From an uncultured bacterium (GTDB lineage: Bacteria; Zixibacteria; MSB-5A5; GN15; FEB-12): a DNA stretch of 64,000 bases. Where the stretch lies: NCBI GenBank assembly GCA_965372795.1, contig CBDVDR010000015.1, forward strand, positions 21,898-85,897. Direction: 5' to 3'. The notes under the pieces were generated by a model. It did not search any database. It saw only the letters and a program-made list of their open reading frames with translations, and had not been told where the DNA came from. Positions 10,992-19,654 of the stretch are shown here, one piece after another (position 1 is the stretch's first letter; the number at the start of each line of letters is the position of its first letter). Both the position numbers and the translations under genes were made by a program.

Positions 10992-11642
10992 ATGGTGGTT
11001 ATTCCGATTTTTCTGGCTTATCTGATTGGTGCAATACCATTCGGTTTGATTGTGGCACGCATCTTTGGCATTGAAGACATTAGAAAACATGGCTCCGGTA
11101 ATATCGGGGCAACCAATGTCTGGAGGATTGCCGGAGGTAAAGCTGCCGCTTGGGTCTTTGCCAGTGATATGTTGAAAGGCTCCCTGGCTGTTTTAATTGC
11201 TCAATTCGCCCATCAACAATTCAATCTGACCGCTGTGAATATTGATTTATTAATGGTGAGCGCCGGAGTTGCAGCAGTGCTTGGACATGTTTTTCCGGTA
11301 TATCTAAAATTCAAAGGCGGGAAGGGTGTCAATACTGCCTTTGGCGTCATGGCTACGCTGTTGCCCGTTGCAAGTGTGATTGGGATTGGAATTTTTGGAG
11401 TAGTCGCGTTGATAACGCGTTATATATCGCTTGGCTCAATGTTAGGTGCCTTGAGCTTTTGTCTAATTGTAATTTGGGAAAAGTTTGGAATGAATAAAGA
11501 GATTGCTGATATTTATATTTATATATCAATTTTGATGACTCTGCTGATTTTAATTACTCATCATCAGAATATCCGCAGGTTACTCACCGGAACCGAAAGT
11601 CGTTTTTCATTCTCATCAAAAAAGAAAGATAAAGCAGAATGA
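10992..11642 (+). CDS. plsY: Glycerol-3-phosphate 1-O-acyltransferase PlsY
   Basis: AYLIGAIPFG...DIR.HGSGNIGATN...D.LKG...GHVFP...FKGGKGV...H.QNI.RL..GTE. Confidence 0.97.
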   Translation: MVVIPIFLAYLIGAIPFGLIVARIFGIEDIRKHGSGNIGATNVWRIAGGKAAAWVFASDMLKGSLAVLIAQFAHQQFNLTAVNIDLLMVSAGVAAVLGHVFPVYLKFKGGKGVNTAFGVMATLLPVASVIGIGIFGVVALITRYISLGSMLGALSFCLIVIWEKFGMNKEIADIYIYISILMTLLILITHHQNIRRLLTGTESRFSFSSKKKDKAE

Positions 11643-12640
11643 AGAAAAATATTACTATTCTCGGTGCCGGTTCATGGGGGATGGCAATCGCACACCTGCT
11701 TTCCCTAAATGGTCATAAGGTTACTTTGTGGGAATTTGATAAGAACGAATATGAAAAACTTTTAAAATTTAGGACAATTCCTAAAAAATTAGAAAATTTC
11801 AAACTCCCTGATGATGTTATAATTTCCAATGAGTTAGCCGGTGCCATCAACGATTCCTCGATTATAGTTTCAGCCCTACCATCACAAATACTAAGATCGG
11901 TCCTCAAACAGATTAAAACTGTTTCCGAAGATGTTGGCATCGTCAACCTTGCCAAAGGGGTCGAGACTGATACTTTGAAAAGAATGTCAGAAATTATTAA
12001 CGAAGAAATTTCGATGCCACAGGCAAAAGTTGTTACCCTGTCAGGTCCATCTCATGCCGAAGAAGTAGTGCGGGGGCTTCCGACAACAGTCGTTGCGGCG
12101 GGTAATTCAAAAGAGTTTGTGTTATTGATTCAGGAAATTTTCAGTAATAAAGTTTTCAGGGTTTATGGAAGTGATGATTTAATCGGTGTCGAACTCGGGG
12201 GAGCCTTAAAAAATATTATCGCAATCGGCTCCGGTATCGCTGATGGCTTAAAAATGGGAGACAATGCCCGCGGAGCCTTGATAACCCGGGGCTTGGCTGA
12301 AATTTCCCGTTTAGGGGTTGCCATGGGTGGCAAAACCTCAACCTTTGCCGGATTATCAGGAATCGGCGACTTAATTACAACCTGCAGTTCACAACACAGT
12401 CGTAATAGATTTGTGGGTGAAAAACTTGGCCGGGGAATCAAACTAGGTGAAATTTTGGAATCAATGTCGATGGTTGCAGAAGGGGTCGAAACAACCCGCT
12501 CCGGCTATGCCTTATCAAAAAAATATGATGTCGAGATGCCAATTACCAATGAAGTTTATAAAGTTCTGTTTGAAGATAAATCACCGTTGCCGGCTGTTCA
12601 AGAGCTTATGAGTCGTAAATTGAAATCAGAAGTTTGGTAG
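11639..12640 (+). CDS. gpsA: NAD(P)H-dependent glycerol-3-phosphate dehydrogenase
   Basis: GAGSWG, SGPSHAEEV, GVELGGALKNIIAI, GLSGIGDL..TC.S.HSRN. Confidence 0.98.
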   Translation: MKKNITILGAGSWGMAIAHLLSLNGHKVTLWEFDKNEYEKLLKFRTIPKKLENFKLPDDVIISNELAGAINDSSIIVSALPSQILRSVLKQIKTVSEDVGIVNLAKGVETDTLKRMSEIINEEISMPQAKVVTLSGPSHAEEVVRGLPTTVVAAGNSKEFVLLIQEIFSNKVFRVYGSDDLIGVELGGALKNIIAIGSGIADGLKMGDNARGALITRGLAEISRLGVAMGGKTSTFAGLSGIGDLITTCSSQHSRNRFVGEKLGRGIKLGEILESMSMVAEGVETTRSGYALSKKYDVEMPITNEVYKVLFEDKSPLPAVQELMSRKLKSEVW

Positions 12641-12660
12641 AAATAGATTAAGGAAAATTT

Positions 12661-13011
12661 ATGGGGAAACTGAACATGGCCAAAAAACTTTACTACTCAA
12701 TTAGTGAAGTTGCCAAAATTACAAGTTTGGAACAGTTTGTTCTCAGATATTGGGAAAAAGAATTTCCCACCTTGAAACCGAAAAAAAATCGGGGCGGAAA
12801 TAGAATCTACACCGACAAAGACATCGAGACTATCAACCAGATTAAATTTCTGAGAACTAAAGAAAAACTCACCATCGAAGGTGCCCGAAAAAAACTGAGT
12901 ATGAGAAAACCAAGCGAAGTTAAAACTACCTCGCTAAACTCCGCAAAAGCCAAAACTATCACCGGTCAAATAAGAAAAGACGTTGAAGATCTGCTCAAAA
13001 TTTTCTCTTGA
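12661..13011 (+). CDS. MerR-family HTH transcriptional regulator
   Basis: YYSISEVA...VLRYWEKEF..LKP.KNRGGNR.Y...LTIEGARK; known MerR-tRNA-Pro-surE neighbourhood. Confidence 0.92.
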   Translation: MGKLNMAKKLYYSISEVAKITSLEQFVLRYWEKEFPTLKPKKNRGGNRIYTDKDIETINQIKFLRTKEKLTIEGARKKLSMRKPSEVKTTSLNSAKAKTITGQIRKDVEDLLKIFS

Positions 13012-13052
13012 GTTTTCATGGTTTTTCTATAGATTGGGCGTACTAAATATGT

Positions 13053-13130
13053 CGGAGCGTAGCGCAGCCTGGTTAGCGCACTCGCCTGGGGTGCGAGAGG
13101 TCGGCCGTTCAAATCGGCTCGCTCCGACCA
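13053..13130 (+). tRNA. tRNA-Pro(GGG)
   Basis: CGGAGCG/CGCTCCG acceptor stem, anticodon arm CTCGC-CTGGGGT-GCGAG, GTTCAAATC T-loop, encoded CCA. Confidence 0.97.
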
Positions 13131-13191
13131 TTATTTTTATTATATTCCACAACAATAAATTGCGTATAATTAGTTAAACAATTGGTTAACT

Positions 13192-13869
13192 ATGAATATG
13201 AACAAACATACAGCTCTGGTTCTCATCCCGGCTTACAATGCCGGCAAATATCTCGATGATCTTATTATCCGGGTAAAAAAATATGTCTGCGATGAAAATA
13301 TGCTTTTTATTGACGATGGCTCGACTGATAACACTCTTGAAAAACTCCGCGAACATGAAGTAAAATATATCTCTTTCAAACAAAATCGCGGTAAAGGCGC
13401 CGGACTGTTAGCCGGATTTGAATATGCGATTGAACGAAACTACCGCTCGGTGTTGACTCTTGATGCCGATTTGCAGCATCTTCCCGAAGAAATTCCGCGC
13501 TTTTTCGCGTTGGATAACGGCAAACGTTTCATTCTCGGTGTACGGGATATTGATCTGAAAGTAATGCCGTTTGAACGATGGCTGACTAATAATTTGTCTT
13601 CAATAATTATCTCGATCTTTTCAACCAAACGGATGCGCGATACCCAGACCGGCTACCGGTTGATTCCAACTTCTTTACTTGAAGCGATTGATCTGAAAAC
13701 GACTAATTATGATCTTGAATCGGAGATGCTTTTCAAAGCGGGACAGACCGATCTTGAGATGGCGGAGGTCCCAATTTCAACGGTGTATGAGGGCTCGCAT
13801 TCTTATATTAATCCTTTTGTGGATACCGGACGATTTATCAAGCAGACCTGGAAACGCATCTGGATGTAG
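13192..13869 (+). CDS. Glycosyltransferase family 2 (DPM1-like)
   Basis: IPAYN, IDDGSTD, NRGKG, LTLDADLQH, DTQTGYR. Confidence 0.93.
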   Translation: MNMNKHTALVLIPAYNAGKYLDDLIIRVKKYVCDENMLFIDDGSTDNTLEKLREHEVKYISFKQNRGKGAGLLAGFEYAIERNYRSVLTLDADLQHLPEEIPRFFALDNGKRFILGVRDIDLKVMPFERWLTNNLSSIIISIFSTKRMRDTQTGYRLIPTSLLEAIDLKTTNYDLESEMLFKAGQTDLEMAEVPISTVYEGSHSYINPFVDTGRFIKQTWKRIWM

Positions 13870-13886
13870 CGGTGGAACTTCTTACC

Positions 13887-14537
13887 TCATTTATGAGCAT
13901 TATCAAAGATCATATCATTAATTATGTCCCATGCATCAACAATGTATACAGCTAAGTATGTTAAACTATATAATCCAACTGTTGTATTTATTAGACTTCT
14001 TTTTCTGGAAGTTACCAAACACACTTTATCAGAATCAATTTCAACATAGTTTCCTGTCATTGTATGACCTGTAATAAGTCTTTTTTGAGGATCAAATCTA
14101 CCGCCATCTTTATTAAAGATTAATGTACTTTGAGGTCTGAATGAATATTCAGAATTTGTTTTCCAAATTTTTCTGTCAGCTTCTTTTTTGATAGACTGCG
14201 GTTTAACAAATATAGTAATCGGATCACCTTCTGAATTTTGTGATAATATAACTAAATCAATCTCTGAAAGAACAAACTCCTTTATGGTTGTATCATCTGT
14301 TTTACCTCTAATAACATCATTGCGCTTATCATAGTACGCAGGTGCCATAAAAGGAATCTCATCATTATTAATGAGTTTTACACCCTTAATCGTTGTTGTA
14401 AAGACAACTCCTGAAAGTTTTTGGGATTTTGTCTCTCCGATCGGAATTGTTATCCCTTTAGTACAGCTCGTTGCAATACTACATACAAAAATTATGCTGA
14501 TCAAAATAGAATGTGAAATAAATCTCCGCCCTGTCAT
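13887..14537 (-). CDS. Hypothetical lipoprotein
   Basis: Hydrophobic signal ending IATSC, AAGGAG RBS before TTG start, C-terminal hydrophobic segment. Confidence 0.7.
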   Translation of the reverse strand: MTGRRFISHSILISIIFVCSIATSCTKGITIPIGETKSQKLSGVVFTTTIKGVKLINNDEIPFMAPAYYDKRNDVIRGKTDDTTIKEFVLSEIDLVILSQNSEGDPITIFVKPQSIKKEADRKIWKTNSEYSFRPQSTLIFNKDGGRFDPQKRLITGHTMTGNYVEIDSDKVCLVTSRKRSLINTTVGLYSLTYLAVYIVDAWDIINDMIFDNAHK

Positions 14538-14675
14538 TTGCTGCTCCTTTGTTGAATTGACAGTATAGTAAAAATGGAGGAAGATGCAAATGATTTTTGA
14601 ACGTTAAACAACCTAATTTAAATCTCATGAATTATACCCACTTGCCATCAACCCAAAAATTGACTACCATGCTCC

Positions 14676-15443
14676 ATGCAAAAGAAAAAGAAGAAAAAAA
14701 TACTAATTACCAATGACGACGGTTATAATTCCGATGGAATCATCGCCCTCTACAAAGAACTCTCAAAAACTGCTGATGTTTTCATGATGGCGCCCGACCG
14801 CGAACAGTCCGCCAGTTCCCATTCGCTGACCTTAAATCATCCCCTAAGAATCCAAAAGATAAACAGCACCCAATACACCACTGATGGCACTCCGACCGAC
14901 TGTGTGATGCTCGCCGTACATCTGCTTTTCAAACATAAAAAACCGGATATGATTATCTCGGGTATCAATCATGGTGCCAACATGGGGGAGGATGTTACCT
15001 ACTCCGGTACCGTTGCTGCCGCAATTGAAGGCTCAATCCTTCAGGTTCCATCAATCGCCGTTTCAATGGCGAATTATAGGCCGGGAACACCGATGAACCG
15101 AGCCGCCAAATTTGTCGTTAAAATCATCAAAAAATATGATGATTTTAATCTGCCGCCGGATACATTTTTGAATGTCAATCTGCCTAAAGATAACGGCAAA
15201 GCTTATAAAAGTTTCGAATACACCAAGCTTGGCTTTCGAATGTACAAAGATGTCGTGATTCATAAAACCGATCCGAGAGGGAAATCATATTATTGGATTG
15301 GCGGTCGCCCCAAATGGAAATCTACCAAAGGTACCGATTTTGAGGCTGTTGAAAGAAGAGTTGTTTCAATTTCTCCTCTGAAAATGAATTTTACCAACAC
15401 CGACATGGTTGATGAATTAAAAGCCTGTAAGATCAAATTATAA
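14676..15443 (+). CDS. surE: 5'/3'-nucleotidase SurE
   Basis: ILITNDDG, APDREQSASSHSLT, GTPTDCV, SGINHGANMG.DV.YSGTVAAA.EG. Confidence 0.98.
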   Translation: MQKKKKKKILITNDDGYNSDGIIALYKELSKTADVFMMAPDREQSASSHSLTLNHPLRIQKINSTQYTTDGTPTDCVMLAVHLLFKHKKPDMIISGINHGANMGEDVTYSGTVAAAIEGSILQVPSIAVSMANYRPGTPMNRAAKFVVKIIKKYDDFNLPPDTFLNVNLPKDNGKAYKSFEYTKLGFRMYKDVVIHKTDPRGKSYYWIGGRPKWKSTKGTDFEAVERRVVSISPLKMNFTNTDMVDELKACKIKL

Positions 15444-15477
15444 ATAACCAGAAATTAATGTATCAACTTCCAAATTC

Positions 15478-15551
15478 GTCATCTCGAGCGGAGCCGAGAG
15501 GTGACTTTTATTCGGCAATGTTTGCCACCCTTCAACCCCGCTCAGTCTGAC
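15478..15551. repeat. Degenerate REP-like inverted repeat
   Basis: GTCATCTCGAGCGGAGCCGAGAGG ... CCCTTCAACCCCGCTCAGTCTGAC imperfect arms. Confidence 0.55.
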
Positions 15552-15609
15552 ATTATTCGCCATATTTGTCTATTTTAGAATACCGCCTAAGCCTGTGGTT
15601 AGATATGAG

Positions 15610-15637
15610 TTGACAACTTATGAAAATCTGGTATTTT
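15610..15637 (+). promoter_or_regulatory. Sigma70-type promoter for tRNA-Pro(CGG)
   Basis: TTGACA-N16-TATTTT with TGn extension, about 20 nt upstream of the tRNA. Confidence 0.6.
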
Positions 15638-15658
15638 ACTTATCCGGATTTCTATAAT

Positions 15659-15732
15659 CGGGGCGTGGCGCAGCTTGGTAGCGCGCTTGGTTCGGGACTA
15701 AGAGGTCGCTGGTTCGAATCCAGTCGCCCCGA
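15659..15732 (+). tRNA. tRNA-Pro(CGG)
   Basis: CGGGGCG/CGCCCCG acceptor stem, anticodon arm CTTGG-TTCGGGA-CTAAG, GTTCGAATC; CCA not encoded. Confidence 0.97.
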
Positions 15733-15801
15733 TTTTTTACTTTTATCTCCCAAAATCATGTTGTATCAAGGTTAAATAAGAAATTATTTTATGGTATAAT
15801 T

Positions 15802-16278
15802 ATGTCCGCTAATCAAAAACCGGTGATTGCTATTATTGGCGCTGGTCAATGTTCAGATAAAGTCAAAAAACTCGCTTATACAGCCGGAAAATTTGTCGCC
15901 CAACTTGGAGGAACGGTCGTTTGTGGAGGGTTAGGCGGTGTCATGGAGGCTGCTGCCCAAGGCGCAAAAGAGGGCGGAGGAACCACCATAGGAATTATTC
16001 CAACAGCTAATAAAAAAGATGCCAATAAATTTATAGATTATGTTATAGTTACCGGGATGGGAGAAGCAAGAAATGCGCTGGTTATTAAAACAGCTGATGC
16101 CATTATTGCTTTTGAAGGAAAGTTTGGTACTTTATCAGAGATTGCATTTGCCCTGCAATCAGGCAAACCAACTATTTCGGTTGGGTCGTGGGATATAGAT
16201 TCTCAGATAATTAAAGAGGATAATCCCGAAGAGGCTGTAAAAATCGCATTTAAATTGATCGGGGGAATGAATGAGTGA
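15802..16278 (+). CDS. TIGR00725/LOG-like Rossmann-fold protein
   Basis: IAIIGAG...VCGGLGGVMEAAA.GAK..GG.TIGIIP...TGMGEARN...GTLSEIAFAL. Confidence 0.9.
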   Translation: MSANQKPVIAIIGAGQCSDKVKKLAYTAGKFVAQLGGTVVCGGLGGVMEAAAQGAKEGGGTTIGIIPTANKKDANKFIDYVIVTGMGEARNALVIKTADAIIAFEGKFGTLSEIAFALQSGKPTISVGSWDIDSQIIKEDNPEEAVKIAFKLIGGMNE

Positions 16279-16552
16279 TGTTAGTGCTCAAATAAAGTGT
16301 ACCGGAGTTGTTCAGGGAGTTGGTTATCGGTATTTTTGCTACCAGAAAGCACTGGGACTGGGTTTAACAGGATGGGTATCAAATCGCACTGATGGCTCGG
16401 TAGAAGTTGTTGCAGAAGGAGGCCGGAGTGCGATTGAAATTTATTTGAAGGAATTAAAAGTCGGTCCTGATTCTGCTACTGTATCAGAAGTTAAAGTGAA
16501 ATGGTTAAAATTTGCTGGTAAAAATAATAAATTTGAAATTATAACAAGGTAA
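16271..16552 (+). CDS. acyP: Acylphosphatase
   Basis: G.VQGVGYR...GLTGWV.N..DGSVEVVAEG...GP. Confidence 0.96.
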   Translation: MSDVSAQIKCTGVVQGVGYRYFCYQKALGLGLTGWVSNRTDGSVEVVAEGGRSAIEIYLKELKVGPDSATVSEVKVKWLKFAGKNNKFEIITR

Positions 16553-16557
16553 AATCA

Positions 16558-17082
16558 ATGCAGGAATTAGCTAAATATATCAGGTCGGTTCCGGATTTCC
16601 CCAAACCGGGAATTAATTTTTATGATATCACAACCCTGATACAACATGATGTTGGCTTTAAAAAAGCTGTCGATTTTATGACAGCATATGCTGAATCAAA
16701 GAATGTTGATAAAATAGTTGCCGTCGAATCAAGAGGATTCCTTTTTGGAGGAGCGATTGCGGATCGACTTGGGATTGGCATGGTCACCGTGAGAAAACCG
16801 GGCAAACTTCCATACAATACTATTTCAGAAGAGTATTCCCTTGAATATGGGACGGATAAGCTTGAAATTCACACCGATGCGATTGAACCAGATCAAAAAG
16901 TCATTGTCGTAGATGATTTAATTGCCACCGGTGGAACTGCAAAAGCAGCATGCAGCCTTGTGAATCAACTTGGCGGAAAAGTTGCCGGTATCTCTGCTGT
17001 GATCGAATTGTCTTTTTTGCCATGGCGTGAGCTTCTTAACGAATACGATGTGAACTATTTAATCTCATTCGACTCCGAATAA
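16558..17082 (+). CDS. apt: Adenine phosphoribosyltransferase
   Basis: VPDFPKPGI.F.DIT, ESRGF, RKPGKLP, Y.LEYG.D, VVDDLIATGGT. Confidence 0.98.
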   Translation: MQELAKYIRSVPDFPKPGINFYDITTLIQHDVGFKKAVDFMTAYAESKNVDKIVAVESRGFLFGGAIADRLGIGMVTVRKPGKLPYNTISEEYSLEYGTDKLEIHTDAIEPDQKVIVVDDLIATGGTAKAACSLVNQLGGKVAGISAVIELSFLPWRELLNEYDVNYLISFDSE

Positions 17083-17128
17083 GCATCTTGCCAGCAGGCT
17101 GAAATTACCCTAAATTATACTTCGATTT

Positions 17129-17202
17129 GCCCCCGTAGCTCAGTAGGATAGAGCATCGGTTTCCTAAACCGCAGGTCGCAGGTTCGATTCCTGCCGGGGG
17201 TA
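17129..17202 (+). tRNA. tRNA-Arg(CCT)
   Basis: GCCCCCG/CGGGGGT acceptor stem, GCTCAGTAGGATAGAGC D-arm, anticodon loop TTCCTAA, GTTCGATTC. Confidence 0.96.
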
Positions 17203-17276
17203 TAAATAATCACCTTTTGTAACCTGTTTATTTGCAAAAATATCCATATTTCTGATAAAACTTTCCTTGAAATCAT

Positions 17277-17305
17277 TTGACTTCGTCTCTCAAGCGGTAT
17301 ATATT
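17277..17305 (+). promoter_or_regulatory. Sigma70-type promoter
   Basis: TTGACT-N17-TATATT upstream of the 17377 gene. Confidence 0.6.
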
Positions 17306-17376
17306 TTTTGATTATTTTGAAGACAGTACGTCTTTGATTAAGATGTGCAAATAAATTAATGCTGAGGAGTTTGGGA

Positions 17377-18843
17377 ATGAAAATGTCCATTTTGCGTGTA
17401 TCATTGATTTTGCTGTTTGTTGCTGTGCAAGCTTTTGGCCAGGGTGGAATTAACCAACAATCCGGATTGCTGAACCTGAATTTGGATTTTGTCGGAGCAG
17501 GTGCTCGTGCCAAAGGAATGGGCAATGCCTATTTGGGAGTTTCGGATGATGTAACTGCCGGAGGATGGAATCCTGCCGGACTTTACCAACACGACTCTCC
17601 AAAAATTGGATTTACTTATAAAATAATAAACCCAAGAGGTTCCACCGATCTATATCCTTATCCTCAGGCAGGTATCTTATCTGTTACTAATAATAGAGTC
17701 AGCCATAACACTTCTTTGAGTAATTTATCTTCATTGAATTTTATTGCCCCTATAAGAATTAAAGGTCACAAGTTTGTTGGTACTTTTAATTATACAAATA
17801 ATTACAATGAATATACAACTGAACAAACAATATTTAATATTGATGCCGATTTATTCCTGGCTAACAATAACGAACTTTATTCCTCTGTTGAAGGAGGAAT
17901 TATCAGTCAGGATTATTCTCAGGAACTTAGCGGTGGTTTAAACTCAGTAAACTTTGGTTTTGGTACCCGGGTTTATGATAAAATTTCATTTGGATTAGTT
18001 CTGAATATATATACCGGTACCCTTGTCAACGATGTACTTGCAAAAGACTCCGCTGACAATATTATATCGGGAGCAACCTTTGGACAGCCGGCACTTCATG
18101 TCAGTCATGTACGACTCCTTGATTCATTAGAATTTAGCGGTCTAAATGTCAATTTTGGTTTTAAATACAGTGGTGAGAAATTATCCGCCGGTCTTTTGAT
18201 CCGTTCGCCATTGTCTCTCAAAGTTTCTGCCAACTCGACTATTGAAACTATCTTATTTGTAGAAAATATTGAGGTTGAAAACGCATCAACTGTCATTCTT
18301 ACTCCAAAAATCAACCCGCCACTAACTAAATACAATCTTCCGGTTATGTATGGTGTCGGCTTTGCCTATCAGGCAAATAAAAAATTATTACTTGCAATGG
18401 ATGCTGAGTATCGCGGATATGGTAATACAACTATTAAAATCAGAGATTCCTTAATTATTGGTGCTTCCGGAAATAATACCGAATTTTATACCGAACACAG
18501 CCCGGATACTATTCCGAATTTCCAGTGGAAAAACTCAATTGCATTAAGATTTGGTTTAGAATATATGATGAATACTAAGTTTGGTGAAGTTCCTTTAAGA
18601 GCCGGTTTAGGTTACACGCCTGTTCCGGGCGCATTGACAGCCGGATATAATACTTCAAAACCTCAAACTATTCAAAGTGCTTCTTTGGGAACCGGAATTC
18701 ATTGGTCGCAAATACTTCTCGATCTCTCATATACTTTCTCAAAACGTGACAATGAGATTAATTTGCCGGGTATGACTTCTTTCCAGAGTAATTATTATTA
18801 TAGAAATCATCAGATTAACCTTTCGTTTACTGGTTATTTCTAG
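17377..18843 (+). CDS. Outer-membrane beta-barrel, OmpP1/FadL/PorV-like
   Basis: Signal peptide, GAGARAKGMGNAY.GVSDD.TA..WNPAGL plug motif, alternating beta strands, C-terminal Phe; GAGGAG RBS. Confidence 0.85.
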   Translation: MKMSILRVSLILLFVAVQAFGQGGINQQSGLLNLNLDFVGAGARAKGMGNAYLGVSDDVTAGGWNPAGLYQHDSPKIGFTYKIINPRGSTDLYPYPQAGILSVTNNRVSHNTSLSNLSSLNFIAPIRIKGHKFVGTFNYTNNYNEYTTEQTIFNIDADLFLANNNELYSSVEGGIISQDYSQELSGGLNSVNFGFGTRVYDKISFGLVLNIYTGTLVNDVLAKDSADNIISGATFGQPALHVSHVRLLDSLEFSGLNVNFGFKYSGEKLSAGLLIRSPLSLKVSANSTIETILFVENIEVENASTVILTPKINPPLTKYNLPVMYGVGFAYQANKKLLLAMDAEYRGYGNTTIKIRDSLIIGASGNNTEFYTEHSPDTIPNFQWKNSIALRFGLEYMMNTKFGEVPLRAGLGYTPVPGALTAGYNTSKPQTIQSASLGTGIHWSQILLDLSYTFSKRDNEINLPGMTSFQSNYYYRNHQINLSFTGYF

Positions 18844-18869
18844 GGATTATTTAGAAATTTGAGACGATA

Positions 18870-18910
18870 AAAAAGCCCGAAAGAGTTTTAAATAAACCTT
18901 TTGGGCTTTT
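18870..18910. terminator. Hairpin terminator
   Basis: AAAAGCCCGAAAG ... CTTTTGGGCTTTT. Confidence 0.7.
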
Positions 18911-18952
18911 ATGCCGATAATATAAATTTAACGGGTAAAAAGAGGATTTTGA

Positions 18953-19627
18953 ATGTATAACAAAGTCAAATTGTCTAAAAGACAACTTAAAGAAGATAAA
19001 TTCACTGGCGTCATGCTTAACACCAAACAGTTTACTCAGGAAAACTGGCAGTTTATGGTTATTGGGCTGGCTGTTATTGTATTAGTTATTGTCAGTCTTG
19101 TTTATTACTCAAGTAATATGAAATCCCAGTCAATTGAAGCATCTACGAAGTTCTCAAGAGCTATGCTTGACTATCGTAATGGGAATAACCAGGTTGCTAT
19201 TCTTAGTTTTTCTCAAATTAGAGAAGATCATCCAGGCGATGCGGTTGCAGAAGAATCTACTCTGCTGTTAGGGAAAATCAACTTTGAATCCAAAAATTAT
19301 GCTGAAACTATTCGCTATTATGAAATGTATCTTGCCAAATATCAGGGTAATTTAATCAATCGCTCGGCTGCCCATGCCGGGATTGCTGCTGCTCAGGAAA
19401 ATCAGGGTCAATCGGCTCTTGCGGCGGCTGAATTCCAATTAGCTTATGATGAGGCTCCGGATGGTCCTTTAAGCGGTGATAATCTTATCGGTTCGATGCG
19501 GAACAATCTCAAAGTTGGTGAAGTTGATAAAGCGAAAACTTCATTAGAATTGATTGAAGAAAAATTCCCGACTACTGATTTGCTTAATAGAGCTACTCGT
19601 TTATTTGCCGAGAAAGGCTTAAAATAA
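18953..19627 (+). CDS. Membrane-anchored tetratricopeptide repeat protein (YfgM-like)
   Basis: KRQLKEDKF N-terminus, one TM, TPR-like helices. Confidence 0.8.
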   Translation: MYNKVKLSKRQLKEDKFTGVMLNTKQFTQENWQFMVIGLAVIVLVIVSLVYYSSNMKSQSIEASTKFSRAMLDYRNGNNQVAILSFSQIREDHPGDAVAEESTLLLGKINFESKNYAETIRYYEMYLAKYQGNLINRSAAHAGIAAAQENQGQSALAAAEFQLAYDEAPDGPLSGDNLIGSMRNNLKVGEVDKAKTSLELIEEKFPTTDLLNRATRLFAEKGLK

Positions 19628-19654
19628 GCTTCTCAGAATAAGGGAGCTAAAATC

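Noticed and set aside
12983..13177. 64-aa ORF
   Set aside because: Reads through tRNA-Pro(GGG)
13053..17202. tRNA-targeted prophage or genomic island
   Set aside because: No integrase and no duplicated tRNA 3' end seen; flanking genes are mostly housekeeping
17115..17525. 136-aa minus-strand ORF
   Set aside because: Antisense to tRNA-Arg and to the barrel gene
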